This document shows positions 56,146-64,000 of a stretch of 64,000 nt of DNA, piece by piece. The DNA is from Octopus vulgaris. Its lineage: Eukaryota. The number at the start of each line of letters is the position of its first letter. Positions within the stretch are counted from its first letter, which is position 1. Location of the stretch: NCBI GenBank assembly GCA_951406725.2, contig OX597817.1, forward strand, positions 138,818,001-138,882,000, in the 5' to 3' direction. The position numbers and the translations under genes are program-made. The notes under the pieces were generated by a model. The model saw only the letters and a program-made list of their open reading frames with translations. It was not told where the DNA came from and searched no databases.

Positions 56146-56229
56146 GTATATGTATATATATATGTATATATATGTATGTATATATATATATATATATATA
56201 CAATATGTTACATTACTCGGTAGTCAAGA

Positions 56230-56595
56230 TAAAACTCTGAGTTTCAGATGCCGAAGTGGAAATCCACAACACCATCTCAAAGTGTGGTTATTGAACCTGG
56301 CCTTGAAATTACCCTCTGTCAGGCCCACGTATTTCTTCGTCGAAACGGTGTCTTTATTGGTTATAGAGTTTACGGTAGCTTCATATATGATGGTCTTGGA
56401 CATGCAAGCTCCATTTAGCGGGCACAATTCTTTATTCCTGCATGAACAGCTGTTTTCTTCTTGTGTTTTTTGTATGTTATGATTGATTATGTTTTTAAAA
56501 TTGGTAGTTGAACTAAAACTAATTTTTAAATTGTGTCTATTGAAGAGTTTCCTATAAGCATGGTTAACTGGAAAATGTCTATCTATCAGTGCTAA
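56230..56595 (-). mobile_element. Penelope-like (Neptune-type) remnant
   Basis: FPVNHAYRKLFNRHNLKISFS...CSCRNKELCPLNGACMSKTIIYEATV...YVGLTEGNFKARFNNH. Joined to a pLTR fragment containing GAAACTCAGAGTT. Confidence 0.88.
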
Positions 56596-56955
56596 AGGGC
56601 TCCGATGAAAATTTCACCACCTGACACACCTTCCGACCAGAGAGATCGGATCACTGCTCTTTGTTCTTCTTTGGTGCACACTGCTAGTGGAGCGGCCAGG
56701 CTTACACTGTCAAGCCAGAAAGAAAAATGGTGCGATCAGGCTCAAACTTCGATCACGTGACCACCACAGTACCAACTATATGTACGCATGCGCAGAAGGC
56801 AGTATAATTGTAATAAAGATATGTTATGGCGAAAGTGCGGATAATTTTTAACTTCCCCTCGTGTATGTATATATGTGTGTGTATCTGTGTATGTGTGTGT
56901 GTGTGTGTGTGTACTTAAACATATGCGTTTATATAAATATATATATATATATAAC

Positions 56956-57032
<77 letters not shown>

Positions 57033-57863
57033 CACACACACAGATGCACACACATACACAAAGGCATACACATACACAAAGGCACGTACATACACACATA
57101 TATATATTCTGAAATTTAATAAATCTATTTCATGATTCCATTTATCACTCCACCTACATTTCCCTTCACTACTCCTACTACTCCCACAACTCTCTCCCTC
57201 TTCCTCCCTGCTCTCCCTCCCCCTCTCTCTCTCCATTTCTCTCCATCTCTTATTCCCACCTCTTCCATTTTCTTGTCCTTTCCAACATCATTTCCTATTT
57301 GTTTCTTTCATTCTTACCATTTCCAATCTCATTAAATCACCACCACCACCATCCCACCTATTCCATATCCTCCTCCTCCCCGTCCTCCTGCTCCTCCTTT
57401 TCTTTGTTCCCCACCCCCACACCTCCAGTTTTAAGTGACTCGACCAAAATTTCAACAATAAATCAACAACACATGCCACGGATTGTCAGGTCCTGACGTT
57501 TCACCATCATCATCATCATCAGATTCTTTTTCTTCTTCTTCTTCTTCTTCTTCTTCTTCTTCTTCTTCTTCTTCTTCTTTCTCTTCTTTGTGTGCGTATA
57601 TATGGAGGGATGTACACATATTTGCAAATAGATTATTGTATGTACGTGTGTGTGTATGCGAGTATGTGTACAAAAATATATATAAGTACATGCAAAGACA
57701 CACTCAAACCCACACAGTTACACACATTACAGACAGACAGACTGACAGATAGATCACAGCATATTGTTGTATTTCGAGAGGGTCACATTTTTATTATCTT
57801 TTTTGCCAAATAAACACACGCACTATACATTTTTTCCCTTCACGCTTGTCCATTGATAAACAT

Positions 57864-59360
57864 AGATCAAAACAGTTTGATTCAAAATCCTTGGTACTCT
57901 GAGTTTCAAGAACATGACTATCCTTCGGCCATTGGAGTTCGAATGAAGGTTCGATTGAAGAGTGTCAATGTTTATTACTGGGCGTTAGCTTGCGATTGGT
58001 CGAGAAAGGTCACAAGGTATTGATGTTGGTATTTAGCGACAACAGGTAGATGGAAAATACCTCATGGTGAACGGAAATCGACCTCGTGGTGGACAAGATA
58101 TCGGTGGTGTGGTTGGGGTGAGGTGGGAAGGGGCAGTAGATGTTGGGATGTATATGTGTATATGCCGATATATCAGTACTTATACGAATGTGTATGTGTG
58201 CTTAGATGTACATTCACATAGCCGCAACGTATGCACACACACCTCACACACAAACACACACTCACACACACACACGAAGGCAGACACGCGCGTGCACATA
58301 TACACACACACTCGCACACATACACACGGACACACTTTTATCTCCATGTACATATGCACACCAGCACACGCACACGCGCACGCACACGCGCACGCATACA
58401 CGAGCATGACAGCCAATGCCTTCAAAGAAAGATATTCCTAGCACTTGCATTCATTTACATCCTTGGACAGAGAGAACTCCACTTCCCTGTCGCACTTTCT
58501 CTGGAGAGTTCATGACCTCTGAAACGAAATGCCTAGCCTCAAGTGAGCTATTATCGACAGGGCGCCACCATATTCACCCGACGTCCCAAATTTCCTGCAG
58601 TACCTCCGCGAAAAATCGCATATCATCTCTCAGCCCGCAGTATCCATCAACAAGAAATATGAGGCATCGTATTGCTGTCACCAGAGATCCACCCTTCTGG
58701 TAAATTTCAAGCCACTGGTAGCTGACAAGCTAGTTATATCTCCTTAGTACTAGCCACCCCCAGCACCGACTGCACCAAGGTTACCGCTACAAATTAACCC
58801 CAATGAGCAGCATTGCAAATCACCAGTTCCCAACACTTCCTCAGGGCTGTCTACCTGCATAGATCACCCCTTGTACATCACCCCTTATGCATCACCACAT
58901 GAGTGTATTTGCACGTGAGTGCGCATATGCATCTGCTCACCATATGCATGCATACAGATTATGTGCGCATGCGCGCCCATTAACATGGCTACCCGTGCGT
59001 GCGGATGTATGTACACGTGCATGCTCGTGTGTGCGCGCGAGTGTGCGTGTGCTCGTGTGCATATGTACATGATGATAAAGGTGTACACGCGTGTGTGTAT
59101 GTGTGCGCGCGCGTGTGTGTATACATGTACGCGCGCGTGTTTGCGTGTGCGCGCGCGTGTTTGCGTGTGCGCGCGCGTGTTTGCGTGTGCGCCTTCGTGT
59201 GTGTATGTCTGAGTGAGTGTATGCGTATGTGTGTGCGTATGTCTGAGTGTGTATGTGTGTGTATACATGTGTGCGCGCGCGTTTGCGTGTGCGCTTTCGT
59301 GTGTGTGTGTCTGAGTGAGTGTATGTGTGTGTATATGTTTGAGTGTGTATGTGTGTGTGT

Positions 59361-59431
<71 letters not shown>

Positions 59432-59822
59432 ACGCGCAGGCGGATGTGTGAATGTACATCTAAGCGCACACACACACACTCCTATAAGTACTGATGTATA
59501 CACGTAGATATATGGGCATGTACATGTACATATACACATATATACCCCAACATCTACCGCCCATTCCTACCTCACCCCAACCACACCATCTTGTCCACCA
59601 CGCAGTCGATTTCCTGTTCAGCATGCAGTATCTTCCATCTAACTGTTGTCGCTAATTACCAACATTAATACCGCGTGGCCTTTGTCGACCAATCGCAAGC
59701 TAACGTCCAGTAATAAACATTGACTCTCTTCAATGGAACCTTCATTCGGACTCCAATGGCCGAAGACTCGTCACGTGCTTGAAACCCAGAGTACCAAGGA
59801 GTCTGAATCAAACTGTTTTGAT
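57864..59822 (+). mobile_element. 5'-truncated Penelope-like element with inverted pLTR
   Basis: 57864-58408 is a diverged reverse complement of about 59020-59822. The spacer 58406-58700 reads MTANAFKERYS*HLHSF...TSLSHFLW...IIDRAPPYS...LREK...INKKYE (GIY-YIG C-terminal half with stops). Confidence 0.8.
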
Positions 59823-60240
59823 GATCTTTTCAGTTTGAACGGCAGTTTTTTCTAGCGGTATCATATGAAATTGTCACCCATAATTATGACCCTAGTATCG
59901 ATCTATTGCATTTCAATCTGTTTTAGGGTTAGTTAGGGTTAGGGGTGGGGGAAGGGTATCTTTTTTTCTTCAGAAATGTAAATAAACCCAATCTGTTTCT
60001 TAAACGAGGGACATATTCATACGGCACAGAATGTTTTCACCTCAAAAGACGTCATTGATTGGTTGAAATTGCAGAAATTGAAGAAAAAAACAACAAATAT
60101 CTTACAAACCATAGAATTTTCTCAATAAAACCAAGAGAAAAAGATGTTTTATAAACACATTCTACCAGTATGCGAAGTTTAAAAGTGTTTAGTTACGTGG
60201 AAATTATTTTTAAAAACTGCCGTTCAAACCGAAAAGATTC
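59823..60240. mobile_element. MITE with ~27-bp TIRs and a 9-10 bp TSD (Mutator-like)
   Basis: GATCTTTTCAGTTTGAACGGCAGTTTT ... AAAACTGCCGTTCAAACCGAAAAGAT. CTGTTTTGAT is present at 59813-59822 and 60241-60250. Confidence 0.85.
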
Positions 60241-60518
60241 CTGTTTTGATTTATACATGTAACTCCCAATAAACGTGTTGAGTGCCCTTCTTTCGTCAGT
60301 CTACCCACTCGTATTTGTATGTATGTATGTATGTATGTATGTATGTATGTATGTATGTATGTATGTATATGACACACCGATGTTTTCAAGCGCGTGCCGA
60401 ATTTTAAATATAAATATAGAACTGCACTTGTGTTATGTATTGAGTACTTGATGTGAAAGCAGTCAACTTCGATTGAACCAAATTCAACGGAGATAATACA
60501 GTTTTACATACGGACGTG

Positions 60519-60607
<89 letters not shown>

Positions 60608-60752
60608 CTAACGGTACATATATGCTTCTATTCAAGTGTATTGATATTTTGAATGACATCTTTCTCTTTCTGTCTCTTTCTCTTTGTCATTCATTCACGC
60701 TTTCTCACCCTCTCCCTCTATGTCTGTCTCTCCATCAGCCTATCTAAATCTC

Positions 60753-60795
<43 letters not shown>

Positions 60796-60888
60796 CTCTT
60801 TGTCTTCCTGTGTCTCCCTTTCTATCTAGCCGTCCATCTACCCTACCATCCATAAATGCATCTGTCTATCTAACCATGAATTTATCTA

Positions 60889-60955
<67 letters not shown>

Positions 60956-60956
60956 G

Positions 60957-61003
<47 letters not shown>

Positions 61004-61060
61004 GTCTGTCTGTCTGTTTGTCTATCTATCCATGTATTTATCTATCTTTCTATCTATCTG

Positions 61061-61111
<51 letters not shown>

Positions 61112-61557
61112 CTATCTGTCTGTCTGTTTGTCTATCTATCTGTCTGTCTGTCTATCTCTCACTCTCTCTCTCCCTCCCTCTCCCTCTCTCTCTCTCCCTC
61201 TCTCTCTCTCTCTATCTATCTCTCTAGTCTCTCTCCACCTCCTGTCTTACAGTTCTTGTCCTACGACCACCACAGGCAACATGTCCACTCCAACTACCTC
61301 AGCCATTATCAACTTTAGTGTCTCTCTACGCTGAAAACATCTGCCGCTGCAGCGCTGATGTCAAATTGTTCATTTCCGGCTGCGTCACTGAAGACCGGAA
61401 GCATGTTCGCCAGTAATTTACTAATGAAATACTTGCCTAATGTTGCCATCTCGCAAACCCAACACAACGAGACAGCATTTTACTTTTTGCTCGGCTTTCA
61501 TCAACATACACACATTGTTGCATAAACAACTGGAAAGCTTTGTACTTAACACTTCAT

Positions 61558-62165
61558 GGTGGCGGCGGTGGTGGCGGCGGCGGTGGTGGCGGCGGCGGCG
61601 GTGGTGGTGGTAGTGGTGGTGGGAGTTGTTTTTGTTGCTGTTGTTGTTGTTGTTGTTGTTGGAGGTTTTGATGGCGTTGGTTGTGGCTTAGTGGGGGTGT
61701 TAGTTGTATAGTGGTGTTGTTATTATGGTGGTGGAAGTGGTGGTTGTGGGTGGTGGTGGTTGTGGTGGTGGTTTTGGTGGTGGTGGTGATGCTGCTGGTT
61801 TTGGTGATGATGGTGGTAATGATGCTGGTTTTGGTGGTAGTGGTAGTTGTGGATGGTGGTGGTTGTGGATAGTGTTGGAAGTGGTGGAAGTGGTGGTGGA
61901 GGTGGTGGTGGTGGTGGTGGTGGTAGGTTGGGGTGTTGGGCAGTGGGTGGTGGTAGTGATGTTGATGGTTAAATTGTTGTTGTTGTCGGTGGTAGTGGTG
62001 GTGGTGGTGGTGGTGGTGGTGGTGGTGGTGATGATGATAGTTGCGATAGTCGTGGCCGTCGCGGTGGCTCTACAGTGGTGATAGTGATAGTGATTTATGA
62101 TAAAGATGCTGGTTGGTTGAATGATTGATGGTTGTGGTGGTGGTAGCGGTGGTGGTGGCGGTGGC
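61558..62165. repeat. Degenerate (GGT)n/(GTT)n low-complexity tract
   Basis: Directly visible. Confidence 0.92.
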
Positions 62166-64000
62166 ATAGGCTTAGCCCATTTTAATCTCCCTCCTATGCT
62201 CTCACCAAAATGCCTACAGCGAAATCTAGAGAGAGAAACCCTATTTGTTTCCCTCCAACCAGTCACAGAAATGGATAAGGGCGCTCCTCGGGTTCCTCAC
62301 ACAAAAACACAATGAAACATTTACAATATCATTTTACTTTTTCTAAGTTTTTTTCTTTCATCTCAGCAAAAATTCTCAATTCTCTCCCTTTTCTATGTTC
62401 CCTATTTTACTCCCGCTCACTTTTTCGTGGTCCCTCTTCCCTCTTTCACTACGTCTCCCTTCTCTGTTCACTATTTCTCTACCTCTCCCGTATTTTACAA
62501 AATCTCCCTTCTCTGTTCCCTATTTCACTACTTCTCCCTTTCTCGTGGTCCCTGTTCGCTATTTTACCATTTCTCCCTTCTCTATGTCCCTTACTGTGTC
62601 TTTGTTGTTTTTCCTTGAAAACCCTGAATTTCCAGATCTGTGTTTTTTATATTTCCAGTTTGTTGTTGTTTACCCCAGGCCAACCTTTACTGCTTACACT
62701 CATGATCTTGTAACAGTGGCCACCCATGCTTTCACTCGGGTAGATCTAGAATTACTATATTCGTTGTGTTCCTCAATTTTCAAAACAAAAGTGAATCATT
62801 TAACGTAGAATTGGTTGATGTTTCTAGCCTTTCGAGTAGCCACGGTACCGTCGATGGTTCGTCACGTTTCAAATGTATATCTTAGATAATTCCACTCACG
62901 CCCACCCCTCTGCACTGTCTCTCATCTTATTACAAACAGTCACCCAACTACACCCCTTACGTCAAGTCTCAACCCTGCCTCCAAAACTTCTCTCGATATT
63001 CTACCGGAAGTACAAATGGTACCCCCGACCTAACCCTCCACAGGACCATACATTTCTTCTGGCCACTAAATATACTTGTAATTATAATTATTCGACAGCC
63101 ACATATTTTTACCATTAAAACTTTAATACCCTCAAAATATACAACCTCACATATACACTCTGCATATACACATACCCCCACCCAATTACCCCCTGGTCCT
63201 ACCACTCACCTTATTTTGATATCTCTCCACTCACACTTGTTTGCTGTCTATGAACTTCCTTATTTTTCAATATCGTTCTCCAGCTATGTATGTATGCGTG
63301 GATGTATGCATGTATATATGTATGTATATATATATGTATATATGTATGTAAGTGTGTATGTATGTATGTATGTATGTATGTATGTATGTATGTATGTATG
63401 TATGTATGTATAGGGAAGCTTCTGTCTACTAAAGTTCACTCCGAAGATCCTTCGTCGAGATTTCACACCACGGGACAGGTTCAATAGTTACGGCCATTTA
63501 GGCTGTGGGTTCAAATCTCGATGAGAAAATATAGTACCAAGCAAATACTAGAATTGATGTAATTGACCTGTCTCCCCACCCTCACCATAATCCATGGCCT
63601 AAATTAGAAAGTGTTATTAACACTGTCTCACAACCGAAGACAGTGTTTTTAGAATCGTTTGTTGCGTATTCTTGTCAATAGCTCCGTCCCCGCTAGACCG
63701 CCCTGTAACAACTGTTAGGACCCATGGTCATATACAGTGATGGGTATCCTTCGTCTCAACAGAGCTCCCTAAAGTACCAGAGTGGATAAATATCTTCATA
63801 AAAGGTCAGGCTGACCTTGAACTTACCGTTCATCCTTTTCTTCTTTTTTCTTTTCTTTTGCTTGTTATTCAGTTTTTTTTTTCTTCCCAAAGCTTTTCCA
63901 CCCATTTGCTAAACTAGCTACGCGATTACCTCCCTTACACGGACCATATAGTGTGTACGCTTGCGTGTACATGTACAAACGTACATATATACTACATACA

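Noticed and set aside
61700-62266. Pro/Thr-rich or Gly/Val-rich ORFs
   Set aside because: Trinucleotide low-complexity tract with no splice or homology support.

Overview
AT-rich, microsatellite-dense animal genomic DNA. The repeat landscape suggests an Octopus-like coleoid cephalopod (inference). One host gene is supported: a + strand Pox neuro (Poxn)-type Pax gene with three coding exons (10252-10264, 44039-44259, 47203-47788). These splice to [23 protein letters not shown]...GGSKPKQVATP...SINRILRN across a ~33.8 kb first coding intron; the last exon is not securely located. The rest is transposon debris: CR1-like, R4/Dong-like and Tx1/L1-like LINE remnants, Neptune-type Penelope (GIY-YIG) remnants, a maT/mariner remnant, a MITE, several tRNA-SINE families, a 30-bp minisatellite and a ~5.5 kb tandem duplication. 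Most almost-repetitive ORFs in the track are microsatellite artefacts. The most notable signal is a set of minimal type-I hammerhead ribozyme motifs. One lies in the tail of a tRNA-headed SINE that inserted as a head-to-head inverted dimer flanked by a 12-bp target-site duplication (48215-49578), i.e. a candidate Penelope-mobilised, ribozyme-bearing SINE. Two SINE/LINE shared-tail pairs are also visible. All calls are by eye, so repeat boundaries are approximate.
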